45,673 nt of DNA, from the sequence record DRR723986_637. One strand, given 5' to 3'. Made by a program: the position numbers and the translations under genes. Numbering within the stretch: position 1 is the stretch's first letter; each line of letters begins with the position of its first letter. Below the pieces are notes generated by a model. It was not told where the DNA came from, made no database searches, and saw nothing but the letters and a program-made list of their open reading frames with translations. Below are positions 29,908 through 39,806 of the stretch, one piece after another.

Positions 29908-30669
29908 TTAAACGAATTTTATTACAGCATCATGAAATTCTTTGGGGTTTTCGGCGTGTAACCAATGACCTGCATTAGAAATAGTTACAATATTAGAATT
30001 TGGAAAGTGACGTTTAATTATTACCTCATCTGAATTACCAATATATTCAGATTTGTCACCTCTTAAGAACAATGTGTCATTTTCAAATACGGCATGTATT
30101 GGCAATGCTTCACCTACCTCAGATACATTTTCTTTTAGTACTTCTAAATTAATCCTTAAACCTAATTCACCTTTATGGACCCAATACAGGTTTTTTAATA
30201 AAAATTGCCTTGTTCCGAGATCTGGCACATAAGATTCTAAAACCTGATCTGCTTCTAACCTAGTTTTAACATAGGCAAAATCCAATTGACTTAATCCTTC
30301 TAAAATGGCGTCATGATGAACAGGGTAATAGCGAGGAGATATATCTGCAACGATTAGCTTAGAAACTAACTCTGGATATTTTGAAGCAAAAAACATAGCA
30401 GTTTTACCACCCATGGAATGACCTATTAATACAATTTGAGATAAATTATTTTCATCACAATAGGCTTTTAAATCTTCGGCCATGAGATGATAATCAAATT
30501 CTTCTGAATGAAAACTTCGCCCATGATTTCGTTGATCTACTAAGTGCATTTCAAATTGAGATTCAGAAAATTTTCTGGCGAGAGTTTTCCAGTTATCACC
30601 CATACCCAAAAATCCATGAAGAATTACAAATGGTTTTCCTTCACCAAAAGTGTTTGAGTGTAATATCAT
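29908..30669 (-). CDS. Alpha/beta hydrolase (YbfF-like esterase)
   Basis: LHGFLG, DQRNHGRS, GHSMGG, NAGHWLHAENP; ATGA overlap with pdxJ. Confidence 0.92.
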   Translation of the reverse strand: MILHSNTFGEGKPFVILHGFLGMGDNWKTLARKFSESQFEMHLVDQRNHGRSFHSEEFDYHLMAEDLKAYCDENNLSQIVLIGHSMGGKTAMFFASKYPELVSKLIVADISPRYYPVHHDAILEGLSQLDFAYVKTRLEADQVLESYVPDLGTRQFLLKNLYWVHKGELGLRINLEVLKENVSEVGEALPIHAVFENDTLFLRGDKSEYIGNSDEVIIKRHFPNSNIVTISNAGHWLHAENPKEFHDAVIKFV

Positions 30670-31379
30670 TTTAAACGACTTAAATACATTTGTATCACGT
30701 TCTCAACTCCTAGATATAAACTTTCAGAAATAAGAGCATGTCCAATTGAGACTTCTAATAAACCTGTAATATTCTCTTTAAAAAATTTTATGTTATCTAA
30801 TGAAAGATCATGACCAGCATTAATACCTAATTGCAAGGTATTTGCCAAGCCTGCACACTCCATATATGGCTTTATCGCATCTTTATCACCAAGACTATAT
30901 TGATGCGCATAAGCTTCTGTGTATAATTCTATTCGGTCTGTACCAATTTCTTTTGCACCTTCAATTTGATGCAAGTCTGGATCTACGAAAATGGATGTCC
31001 TAATACCATTATTTTTAAACTCCTTTAAAACTTCAACTAAAAAATCTTTATGCTTTATCGTATCCCAACCTGCATTAGACGTAATGGCATCAACAGCATC
31101 TGGCACTAATGTAACCTGAGTAGGTTTTATCTCTAGTACCATGTCTATAAATTTTGGAATAGGGTTTCCTTCAATATTATATTCAGTATAGACTTCAGGT
31201 TTTAAATCGTAAGCATCCTGGTAACGAATATGGCGTTCATCTGGTCTTGGATGAATTGTAACACCCTGAGCACCGAATCGCTGTACATCCTGAGCAAATT
31301 TTACCACATTTGGTACATCTCCTCCTCTACTGTTTCGAAGTGTAGCAATCTTATTAATATTAACACTTAGTTTTGTCAT
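30666..31379 (-). CDS. pdxJ: Pyridoxine 5'-phosphate synthase
   Basis: LSVNINKIATLRNSRG, TIHPRPDERHI, IELYT, NAGHDL, EVSIGHALI; start ATG 31379. Confidence 0.96.
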   Translation of the reverse strand: MTKLSVNINKIATLRNSRGGDVPNVVKFAQDVQRFGAQGVTIHPRPDERHIRYQDAYDLKPEVYTEYNIEGNPIPKFIDMVLEIKPTQVTLVPDAVDAITSNAGWDTIKHKDFLVEVLKEFKNNGIRTSIFVDPDLHQIEGAKEIGTDRIELYTEAYAHQYSLGDKDAIKPYMECAGLANTLQLGINAGHDLSLDNIKFFKENITGLLEVSIGHALISESLYLGVENVIQMYLSRLK

Positions 31380-31469
31380 TTTACTAATTTTTGAAATACA
31401 AAAATACAAAGTAGAACACGCAAATTGTGGTTATTTTTGATTAATTTGCAGCGTATTTAAAGCACCATT

Positions 31470-32126
31470 ATGCAACTACAGGATTTTGTAATAAATGACA
31501 TAAAACCTCTAAGTATTGCCGATAAAATCAGTGATTTACAACTGCTATTTAATCAACTCACTTATTCTCATATTCCTATACAGAATAATGGTGTGTATAT
31601 AGGTTGCATATCTGAAACAGACGCACATTGTTTTGATGGTGCCATTTCCATTAGTGAGTGCAATTATGCTATAGAAGGCTTCTATGTAAGACCTACTACA
31701 AATTGGTTAGATGTTTTAGAGGCATTTGCTCAAAACGACTCTAATATTATGCCTATTCTAGACAAGAACAACAGATATCTTGGTTATTATGAGCTTAATG
31801 ACATGATTCATTTATTTAATGAAACTCCTTTCTTTGCAGAACCAGGTGGTATATTAATTGTAGAAAAAGGTATTAACGATTATTCGTTTAGTGAAATAAG
31901 CCAAATTGTAGAGTCTAATGATGCTAAGTTATTCGGTGCATTTATTTCTAAAATGGATGGTGATTTAGCGAGGATTACCATTAAAGTTGGTAACGCTAGT
32001 TTAAATGAAATTATTCAAACGTTTAGGAGATACAGTTATAATATTGTCTCAGGACATGAAGAAGACTCCTATATAGAGAGTTTAAAAGAACGCTCTAAAT
32101 ATTTGGACAAATACCTAAACATGTAA
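31470..32126 (+). CDS. CBS domain-containing protein
   Basis: Tandem CBS-like segments (SHIPI..YIG, MPILD..YLG) plus an ACT-like C-terminus; directly upstream of nadK. Confidence 0.8.
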   Translation: MQLQDFVINDIKPLSIADKISDLQLLFNQLTYSHIPIQNNGVYIGCISETDAHCFDGAISISECNYAIEGFYVRPTTNWLDVLEAFAQNDSNIMPILDKNNRYLGYYELNDMIHLFNETPFFAEPGGILIVEKGINDYSFSEISQIVESNDAKLFGAFISKMDGDLARITIKVGNASLNEIIQTFRRYSYNIVSGHEEDSYIESLKERSKYLDKYLNM

Positions 32127-32129
32127 GTA

Positions 32130-33008
32130 ATGAAGGTAGCTGTATACGGACAACGCTTTACAAAAGAAGCTACTCAAAAGGCATTTGACATACTTCTTAA
32201 TTCACTAAATCAATCTAAGGTTCAAGTCTATGTAGAATCCGATTTCCTAAATCATCTCACAATTAATAACAAAAGTGATGTTGTACTACATAAATTTAAT
32301 GAACTAGATAACAGTTTTGACCTCTTAGTTAGTATCGGTGGAGATGGTACTATATTAAGAGCTATAACTTATGTACGAGATTACGGAATTCCTATCGTAG
32401 GCATAAATACTGGTAGACTTGGTTTCTTGGCTACTATACAGATTGATGAAATAGATGCGGCATTAACTAAAATATTTAATGGGAACTACAAAATTTCTGA
32501 ACGTGCTTTACTCAGTGTAGAAACCAAGCCAAAAAATGATGACGTAACTACCACTAACTTTGCCCTTAATGAAATAGCAGTAAGTAGAAAAAACACCACA
32601 TCTATGATTACTGTAGAAACCCATTTAAACGATGAATACCTGACATCTTATTGGGCAGATGGTTTAATTCTCTCTACTCCAACCGGTTCTACAGGATATT
32701 CTTTAAGTTGTGGAGGACCAGTAATAACACCAGATGCAAAGAATTTTGTTTTAACACCAATTGCACCTCACAACCTTAGTGCGCGCCCATTAGTTATTCC
32801 AGACAATACAGAAGTAAAACTTAGAGTTGATGGAAGAGAAGATCAGTTTTTAATGTCTTTAGATTCCAGAATTGTGACTTTAGCCAATACAACAACAGTT
32901 ATCATTAAAAAAGCTGACTTTGTAATTAAGATGGTAGAACTTCTAGAGGAAACATTTTTAGATACACTCCGCAAAAAGTTACTTTGGGGCGAAGATAGAC
33001 GTAACTAG
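32130..33008 (+). CDS. nadK: NAD kinase
   Basis: GGDGTIL, GINTGRLGFL, ALNE, DGLILSTPTGSTGYSLSCGGP. Confidence 0.97.
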   Translation: MKVAVYGQRFTKEATQKAFDILLNSLNQSKVQVYVESDFLNHLTINNKSDVVLHKFNELDNSFDLLVSIGGDGTILRAITYVRDYGIPIVGINTGRLGFLATIQIDEIDAALTKIFNGNYKISERALLSVETKPKNDDVTTTNFALNEIAVSRKNTTSMITVETHLNDEYLTSYWADGLILSTPTGSTGYSLSCGGPVITPDAKNFVLTPIAPHNLSARPLVIPDNTEVKLRVDGREDQFLMSLDSRIVTLANTTTVIIKKADFVIKMVELLEETFLDTLRKKLLWGEDRRN

Positions 33009-33058
33009 GCAATAAAAAGTGGTAAAATCTGTTTATCTGTAAGACTATTTAATTCAAA

Positions 33059-33090
33059 TTGTCATAGGCTAATCATAATTGTTATATTTG
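33059..33090 (+). promoter_or_regulatory. Housekeeping promoter for porG-uppS-bamA
   Basis: TTG-N21-TATATTTG ending 17 nt before the ATG at 33108. Confidence 0.55.
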
Positions 33091-33107
33091 CAAACTTTGG
33101 AAAATTT

Positions 33108-33797
33108 ATGAGATATTTATTTCTAATTTTAATTAACATTTTTACCATTCAATTGATTGATGCTCAAATCTATGAAGTTGGTATATTTGCTGGTGGCAGC
33201 AACTTCATTGGCGATGTTGGTGCAACTAATTATATCTCACCTAACCAATCTGCAATTGGAGGTATTTTTAAGTGGAATAGAAGCCCAAGACATTCCCTTA
33301 GAGCCTCAATTATTTTTTCTGATATTGAAGGATTAGATAGTAAGTCAGATGACCCAAGACGTAAACAAAGAGATTACAGTTTTTCAAATGGTCTTTTAGA
33401 AATTTCAGCCGGAATGGAATTTACATTTATGGAATTTGATCTTCATACCGTAGGTATAAAAGGCACACCATATTTATACTCAGGCATTACGTTTACTAAA
33501 TATGATAATTACTATTTTTCAAATTCTGGTGAGTTTACTTCAGAAGAAACAAGCAGTTGGGCCTATGGAATACCAATGGTATTAGGATACAAAACCAATA
33601 TTTCCACTCACTTAGTACTAGCAGCTGAAATTGGTGCCAGATATACGTTTACCGATGAATTAGATGGCAGTGTGCCAGAAGCAAAAAGTTTAGAATCTCT
33701 AAGTTTTGGTAATACAAATAGTAATGATTGGTATGTGTTCTCAGGATTTACACTAACTTACACCTTTGGTAGAAGACCATGCTATTGCAACTTTTAA
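33108..33797 (+). CDS. porG: Outer-membrane beta-barrel, T9SS protein PorG/DUF6089 family
   Basis: Signal peptide; YEVGIFAGGSNFIGDVG, ARYTFTDELDG, NDWYVFSG, C-terminal PCYC; position upstream of uppS-bamA-ompH. Confidence 0.75.
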   Translation: MRYLFLILINIFTIQLIDAQIYEVGIFAGGSNFIGDVGATNYISPNQSAIGGIFKWNRSPRHSLRASIIFSDIEGLDSKSDDPRRKQRDYSFSNGLLEISAGMEFTFMEFDLHTVGIKGTPYLYSGITFTKYDNYYFSNSGEFTSEETSSWAYGIPMVLGYKTNISTHLVLAAEIGARYTFTDELDGSVPEAKSLESLSFGNTNSNDWYVFSGFTLTYTFGRRPCYCNF

Positions 33798-33798
33798 A

Positions 33799-34542
33799 AT
33801 GAGCCTTTCACAACAAATAAATAAAGACAGATTACCCAACCATATCGCTATTATTATGGATGGTAATGGTCGTTGGGCTAAACAAAAAGGCCTTATACGT
33901 GTTATAGGTCATGAAAATGGCACTAAAGCTGTAAGGGAAACTGTAGAAGCTAGTGCTGAATTAGGCGTTAAAAATTTAACGCTATATGCGTTCTCTACAG
34001 AAAACTGGAACAGACCAAAGTTAGAAGTTCAGACCTTAATGAAGTTATTAGTAAAATCTTTGAAAAAAGAAATAAAAACGCTTCAAGACAATAATATTAA
34101 ACTTGCAGCCATAGGTTGCTTGCACGATTTACCTAAAAAGGCACATCAAGAACTTCTAGATGTTATCGAAAAAACGAAAAATAATACGAATATGACATTA
34201 ACTCTAGCTTTAAGCTATGGTTCTCGTGAAGAAATTGTTAATGTTATTAAAGAATTATCAGTTAAAGTTAAAAATAATATAATTTCTGCTGAAAGTATTG
34301 ATGAATCCATTATAAATAAGCATCTTTACACGCAAAATTTACCAGACGTTGACCTGCTTATTCGCACAAGCGGTGAACAAAGAATTAGTAATTTTTTGCT
34401 ATGGCAAATAGCCTATGCAGAATTATATTTTACAGATATTTTATGGCCAGATTTTAAACGAGAAAATCTGTATGAAGCAATCATAAACTATCAAAATAGA
34501 GAACGAAGATTTGGAAAAACAAGCGAACAACTTACCTCCTAA
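33799..34542 (+). CDS. uppS: Undecaprenyl diphosphate synthase (isoprenyl transferase)
   Basis: HIAIIMDGNGRWA, YAFSTENWNRP, DLLIRTSGEQRISNFLLWQIAYAE, RERRFG; start ATG 33799. Confidence 0.97.
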   Translation: MSLSQQINKDRLPNHIAIIMDGNGRWAKQKGLIRVIGHENGTKAVRETVEASAELGVKNLTLYAFSTENWNRPKLEVQTLMKLLVKSLKKEIKTLQDNNIKLAAIGCLHDLPKKAHQELLDVIEKTKNNTNMTLTLALSYGSREEIVNVIKELSVKVKNNIISAESIDESIINKHLYTQNLPDVDLLIRTSGEQRISNFLLWQIAYAELYFTDILWPDFKRENLYEAIINYQNRERRFGKTSEQLTS

Positions 34543-37084
34543 GACAGCACTACAAACTATAACTAAGTTTATTCTTACCGCATTACTATTTATATTTTCA
34601 TTTAGTACATATGCGCAGGTAGACGGAGGAGAAACATATCTTATTAATGAGATTACTGTAACAGGTAATACTAATTTTAGTCCGCAGACTATTATTGCCT
34701 ACTCTAAATTAAGAAAAGGAGAAACCATTCAAATTGGTGGTGAAAAAATAGCTAATGCTGTTAAGACCTTGTGGAAATCTAACCTATTTAGTAGTATAGA
34801 TATTTATGTTGTTAATATAGAAGGTAACACAGCAGATTTAGAGATTAATTTAATTGATTTACCAGAATTAAAAGACTTAACTATTGAAGGTGTTAGGAAA
34901 GGTAAAAAAGAAGAAATTATAAACGAAAATAATCTTCAATCAGGTCAAAAAGTTACCGAAAACCTTATTGCCACTACCAGAAATTTCTTAACTGACAAAT
35001 ATAAAAAGAAAGGTTTTTTAAATACCAAAGTAAATATAGTTACATCTCAGGTCATCGATTCTGTTGAAAAAGAGCGTGTAAATATGCTTATAAAAATAGA
35101 CAAGGGAGAAAAAGTAAAGATTAAGAAAATTAACTTTGTCGGTAACGAAAAAATTAAGGATGGGAAGCTTCGTAAGACTATGAAAAATACGAAGCAAATC
35201 AATATTATAAGACTACTTAAACGCTCTAAATTTATTGAAGAAGACTTTAAAACAGACTTAGTAAATGTTATTGATAAGTACAAAGAAAATGGTTACAGAG
35301 ATGCCAGGATTATTTCAGATTCTATTATTTATAATGATGATAAAACCATAAGTCTAAATATAGAGGTTGAAGAAGGTGAAAAATACACATTCGGTAAAAT
35401 TTCTTTTGTAGGTAATACCATTTATACAGATAAACAGTTATCAGGTATTTTAAAGATTAAAGAAGGAGATACTTACAATGGTGTTGAACTAAGAGAACGA
35501 ATTGCCAATCAACAGAATCCTGATGCAAACGACTTAACAAATGCCTACCAAAACTTTGGTTACATGTTCTCAACAATAAATCCTGTTGAAGTAAGTGCAG
35601 ATGGTAATGTAATTGATATGGAAATTCGCATTTCTGAGGGTAAACCTGCATACTTTAATAATGTCACTGTTGTCGGTAATGATGTAACAAATGACCATGT
35701 CATTTATAGAGAAATAAGAACGCGTCCGGGAGAGCTTTACAGTAAGGCTAAAATTATCAGAACCATTAGAGAGTTAGGTCAGTTAGGTTTCTTTGATGCG
35801 CAACAAATTGCACCAAATATTAAAAATCCTAATCCTGTAGACGGAACTTTAGATGTGGAGTATTCTGTTGTTGAGCAAGGATCTAGCCAGATACAACTAC
35901 AAGGTGGTTATGGTGGTGGTGGGTTTATTGGTACCTTAGGTTTATCATTTAATAACTTTGCCATCAAAGACATTTTTAATAAAGAAGCCTATAAACCAGT
36001 GCCGAGAGGTGATGGGCAAAGTTTAGCTCTAAGATTACAGGCAAGTCAGTTTTTTCAAACTTATAGTTTTTCGTTTAGTGAGCCATGGTTTGGTGGTAAA
36101 AAGCCATTTCAGGTATCCACATCATTATCTTATTCAAGACAATTCTTATTTGATCAAAGAACCAGAAGGGCAGATAAAAGCAGAAGTTTTAATATTATTG
36201 GCTTAACATTTGGAGCTTCAACCAGATTAACAGAACCTGATGATTACTTCGTTCTATCTCAGGCTATTAGTTACCAAAATTATAGTCTTAATAATTATAA
36301 TACAGGATTATTCACGTTTGGTAATGGTACATCGAACAACTTATCATATACCATTGGATTAAGCAGAAATAACTTATATACAGATCCGATTTTCCCAACT
36401 GGTGGTTCTAGTTTTACAGCCACAGCAAAATTCTCATTTCCTTATTCCTTAGTTAATGGAGTAGATTATAAAGCACTTAAAGACGAAAGAGATAGTTTAG
36501 ACCCATCAAATCCAGATGAATTTGCGAGAATTGGTGAAATAGATCAGGAACGTTTTAAATGGTTAGAATTCTATAAAATTAAATTCAAAGTGGACTGGTA
36601 CACTGAATTAGCAAAAAATTTAGTTTTACGCCCAAGTGCAGAATTTGGTTTTCTTGGTGCGTATAATAACGATAGAGGTGTAATTCCGTTTGAGCGTTTT
36701 TTCCTTGGGGGTGATGGACTTGGTAACTTTGCTTTAGATGGTAGAGAGATCATACAGTTACGTGGCTACCCTAATCAATCATTGTCACAAACAGATGGTG
36801 GTTCTATCTATAATAAATTCTCTTTAGAGTTACGATACCCAATTACACTAGGAGCTCAGGCAAAAATATATGCACTTTCCTTTTTAGAGGCAGGTGCGTC
36901 TGTAAACAGTTTTAAAGATTTCAATCCTTTTAACCTAAATAGATCTGCTGGTTTAGGACTAAGAATATTTATGCCAGCCTTTGGTTTACTTGGTATTGAC
37001 TTTGGTCATGGATTTGATCCTGTACCTGGAACAACAGGTGCAAATGGATGGGAAACTCACTTCATAATTGGTCAACAGTTTTAA
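34511..37084 (+). CDS. bamA: Outer membrane protein assembly factor BamA
   Basis: POTRA repeats; ERFFLGG, LRGY, LELRYP; C-terminal HFIIGQQF. Confidence 0.96.
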   Translation: MEKQANNLPPKTALQTITKFILTALLFIFSFSTYAQVDGGETYLINEITVTGNTNFSPQTIIAYSKLRKGETIQIGGEKIANAVKTLWKSNLFSSIDIYVVNIEGNTADLEINLIDLPELKDLTIEGVRKGKKEEIINENNLQSGQKVTENLIATTRNFLTDKYKKKGFLNTKVNIVTSQVIDSVEKERVNMLIKIDKGEKVKIKKINFVGNEKIKDGKLRKTMKNTKQINIIRLLKRSKFIEEDFKTDLVNVIDKYKENGYRDARIISDSIIYNDDKTISLNIEVEEGEKYTFGKISFVGNTIYTDKQLSGILKIKEGDTYNGVELRERIANQQNPDANDLTNAYQNFGYMFSTINPVEVSADGNVIDMEIRISEGKPAYFNNVTVVGNDVTNDHVIYREIRTRPGELYSKAKIIRTIRELGQLGFFDAQQIAPNIKNPNPVDGTLDVEYSVVEQGSSQIQLQGGYGGGGFIGTLGLSFNNFAIKDIFNKEAYKPVPRGDGQSLALRLQASQFFQTYSFSFSEPWFGGKKPFQVSTSLSYSRQFLFDQRTRRADKSRSFNIIGLTFGASTRLTEPDDYFVLSQAISYQNYSLNNYNTGLFTFGNGTSNNLSYTIGLSRNNLYTDPIFPTGGSSFTATAKFSFPYSLVNGVDYKALKDERDSLDPSNPDEFARIGEIDQERFKWLEFYKIKFKVDWYTELAKNLVLRPSAEFGFLGAYNNDRGVIPFERFFLGGDGLGNFALDGREIIQLRGYPNQSLSQTDGGSIYNKFSLELRYPITLGAQAKIYALSFLEAGASVNSFKDFNPFNLNRSAGLGLRIFMPAFGLLGIDFGHGFDPVPGTTGANGWETHFIIGQQF

Positions 37085-37087
37085 GTT

Positions 37088-37103
37088 TGGCACGATATTT
37101 TCT
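37088..37103 (+). promoter_or_regulatory. Sigma-54-like -24/-12 element upstream of the ompH genes
   Basis: TGGCACG-ATAT-TTTCT against consensus TGGCACG-N4-TTGCW: one mismatch, correct spacing. Confidence 0.5.
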
Positions 37104-37239
37104 AATAGCTAAGTAAGGATTTCATCATGGTGTTAAAATTTTTAAGAATATATTTCGTTAATTTGAAGTAAAGTAACACCAAAACAAAGAAACATTTGGT
37201 TTACCATTAAAATGTCTCAAAAATTAAAAACATAAAACG

Positions 37240-38400
37240 ATGAAATTTAAAGTTCTTTTTTTACTGGCAATAATAGGTCTGATGAGCTTTAGCGCAAATG
37301 CGCAACGTGGTGTTAGAATTGGCTATATTGATACAGAATACATTTTACAAAATGTACCAGAATATCAAGAAGCTTCTACACAGCTAGATAAAAAAGTTCT
37401 ACAATGGAAGTCTGAAATTGAAAAGCGTTTAAATGAAATTGAGCAAAAGAAGAAGGAATTAGAAAACGAAAGCGTTCTTTTAACCAAAGAGTTGTATGAA
37501 GAGCGAATGGAAGATATTTCTTTTGAAGAAGCAGAAGTTTTAGATTATCAGCAAAAGCGTTTTGGTCCAAATGGAGATTTAATGATTCAGAAACGTCAAT
37601 TGATTGAACCGATTCAAGATCAAATTTTCTCTGCAGTACAACAAATAGCTGAAACTAAAAAGTTTGATTTTGTTTTTGATAAATCTGCCGATGTAGTCAT
37701 GTTATACTCAGCAGAGCGATATGACATAAGCGAACAAGTACTTAGAACTATAACAAGAACATCTAGACGTAATCAAGCAAAAAGCAAAAAAGAGCGTAAA
37801 GAATTAGAAGAAGAAGATGTAGTACCTGAAGTAAATGACGAATTAGATGAACGTAAGAAAGCCTTAGAAGAAAAAAAGGCTACAAGAGAAGCACAATTAG
37901 CTGCAAAACGTGCAGAGCGCGAAAAAGCTCTAGAAGAACGAAGAAAGCAACAGCAGGAATTAAGGGATGCTAAAAAACGTGAAGCAGAAGAACGCCGTCA
38001 AAAAGTAATTGATGCACGTAATAAAAAATCTGAGACATCAGAAGATGTAGCAAAAGAGACTCCAGCAAAAACGGAGGACGCAGCAAAAAAGACAACAAAA
38101 GACAGTACTGTAAAAACAAAAAATACGGTTAAAACTGATAGTACTAAAGCAAAAAATACGGTTCAAAAAAATTCAACAGCATCTAAAAAACCTAAAACTG
38201 CTGCTGAGATATTAGAAGAAAAGCGTCAGCAAAAGTTAAAAGACAGAGAAGCAAGAAGAAAAGCATTAGAAGCCAGAAAAAAGAAAATATTAGAAGATAG
38301 AAAAAAAGCACGTGAAGCGCGTGAGAAAAACGTAAAGAAGAACGATTCTATAGCTAAGGCAAAGTCCGAAGAATCGGAAGAAGAAGGAGAAGATAATTAA
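37240..38400 (+). CDS. OmpH/Skp family chaperone with a long charged C-terminal extension
   Basis: RIGYIDTEYILQNVPEY, FDFVFDK, YDISEQVL, followed by about 200 K/E/R-rich residues. Confidence 0.9.
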   Translation: MKFKVLFLLAIIGLMSFSANAQRGVRIGYIDTEYILQNVPEYQEASTQLDKKVLQWKSEIEKRLNEIEQKKKELENESVLLTKELYEERMEDISFEEAEVLDYQQKRFGPNGDLMIQKRQLIEPIQDQIFSAVQQIAETKKFDFVFDKSADVVMLYSAERYDISEQVLRTITRTSRRNQAKSKKERKELEEEDVVPEVNDELDERKKALEEKKATREAQLAAKRAEREKALEERRKQQQELRDAKKREAEERRQKVIDARNKKSETSEDVAKETPAKTEDAAKKTTKDSTVKTKNTVKTDSTKAKNTVQKNSTASKKPKTAAEILEEKRQQKLKDREARRKALEARKKKILEDRKKAREAREKNVKKNDSIAKAKSEESEEEGEDN

Positions 38401-38432
38401 TAATTTATAACACGTAATACAATTTAAAACAA

Positions 38433-38933
38433 ATGAAACATTTAAAAACTTTATTATTTGCAGCAGCATTATTTTTAGGAGCTACAAGTTTTACAGCTGC
38501 CCAAAGCAAAGTTGCACATATTAATACGCAAGAGTTAATCAAAGCTATGCCAGAGTATAAAGCGGCACAAGCTGAGATTGAAAAACTTGGAAAGACTTAT
38601 GAAGCAACAATCCAAGAATCTCTTAAAGAGTTAGACGCAAAACTAAAGCAATATAATGCTGAAGCTAAAGCTCAGACTCAAGAAGAGAACCAAAGACGTA
38701 TGGAAGAGGTTGATGGTATTAAGCAAAGTCTAGGACAGTATCAGCAAGAAGCTCAAAAAGATATTCAACAAAAAGAATTTGAATTCTTAAAGCCAATTAC
38801 TGAAAAAGCTAAAGCAGCTATAGATAAGGTGGCTAAAGCGCAGGGATTTGAGTACGTTTTAGAAGAATCTACACTAGTAGTAGCTTTAGGTAAAAATCTC
38901 TTAGCAGATGTAAAAGCAGAATTAGGTATATAA
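38433..38933 (+). CDS. OmpH/Skp family chaperone
   Basis: KVAHINTQELIKAMPEY, AIDKVAKAQGFEYVL, VKAELGI. Confidence 0.92.
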   Translation: MKHLKTLLFAAALFLGATSFTAAQSKVAHINTQELIKAMPEYKAAQAEIEKLGKTYEATIQESLKELDAKLKQYNAEAKAQTQEENQRRMEEVDGIKQSLGQYQQEAQKDIQQKEFEFLKPITEKAKAAIDKVAKAQGFEYVLEESTLVVALGKNLLADVKAELGI

Positions 38934-38956
38934 TAATTCTACAAAATAATAATTAG

Positions 38957-38984
38957 AAAGTCGCTTAGTTTTAAGCGACTTTTT
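38957..38984 (+). terminator. Intrinsic terminator after ompH
   Basis: AAAGTCGCTTA-GTTT-TAAGCGACTTTTT. Confidence 0.85.
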
Positions 38985-38996
38985 ACTTTTGTAATA

Positions 38997-39776
38997 ATGA
39001 GTAACAAACCTATAGGCATTTTTGATTCTGGCATTGGAGGCACCTCAATCTTAAAAGAGGTTCATGCACTAATGCCTAATGAAAACATTATCTATTTAGC
39101 GGATAGTAAAAATGCACCATATGGTAATAAGTCTAAAGAAGACATTATTCAATTAAGCATAAAAAATACTGAATTACTCATAAATAAAGGATGTAAATTA
39201 ATTGTTGTGGCATGCAATACAGCTACAACAAATGCCATATCCTATTTAAGAGCCTCCTATGATATTCCTTTTATTGGTATTGAGCCAGCTATTAAACCTG
39301 CAGCTCTGAATACTAAAACAAAGGCGGTTGGAATATTAGCCACTAAGGGTACATTGAGCAGTGCCTTGTTTCATAAAACGACAGATCTTTACTCTAAAGG
39401 AATATTAGTTATAGAGCAGGTTGGCGAAGGGTTAGTGCCGTTAATTGAATCCGGGAATTTAGATTCTAGCGAACTACAATCGCTATTAAAAATCTATTTA
39501 GAGCCTATGCTAAAAGCCAATATAGATTATCTGGTATTGGGATGTACGCATTACCCATATCTAATTCCTATACTATCTAAAATCCTTCCCAAGCATGTAA
39601 AAATTATAGATTCTGGTCTTGCAGTCGCCAAGCAAACAAAAACTGTTTTACTAGCTCATAAAATTCTTAATGAAAGCTCTACAAATGGAGATGTAAGCCT
39701 ATTTACTAACGGAAATCTAGAAGTCTTAAAGGCTGTTTTAAATAATCAATTTGAAACCTCTTATTTAGACTTTTAG
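38997..39776 (+). CDS. murI: Glutamate racemase
   Basis: IGIFDSGIGG, VVACNTAT, LVLGCTHYP. Confidence 0.97.
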   Translation: MSNKPIGIFDSGIGGTSILKEVHALMPNENIIYLADSKNAPYGNKSKEDIIQLSIKNTELLINKGCKLIVVACNTATTNAISYLRASYDIPFIGIEPAIKPAALNTKTKAVGILATKGTLSSALFHKTTDLYSKGILVIEQVGEGLVPLIESGNLDSSELQSLLKIYLEPMLKANIDYLVLGCTHYPYLIPILSKILPKHVKIIDSGLAVAKQTKTVLLAHKILNESSTNGDVSLFTNGNLEVLKAVLNNQFETSYLDF

Positions 39777-39806
39777 AAAGATTTTTTTATTGTGTATTAA
39801 AGTTAT

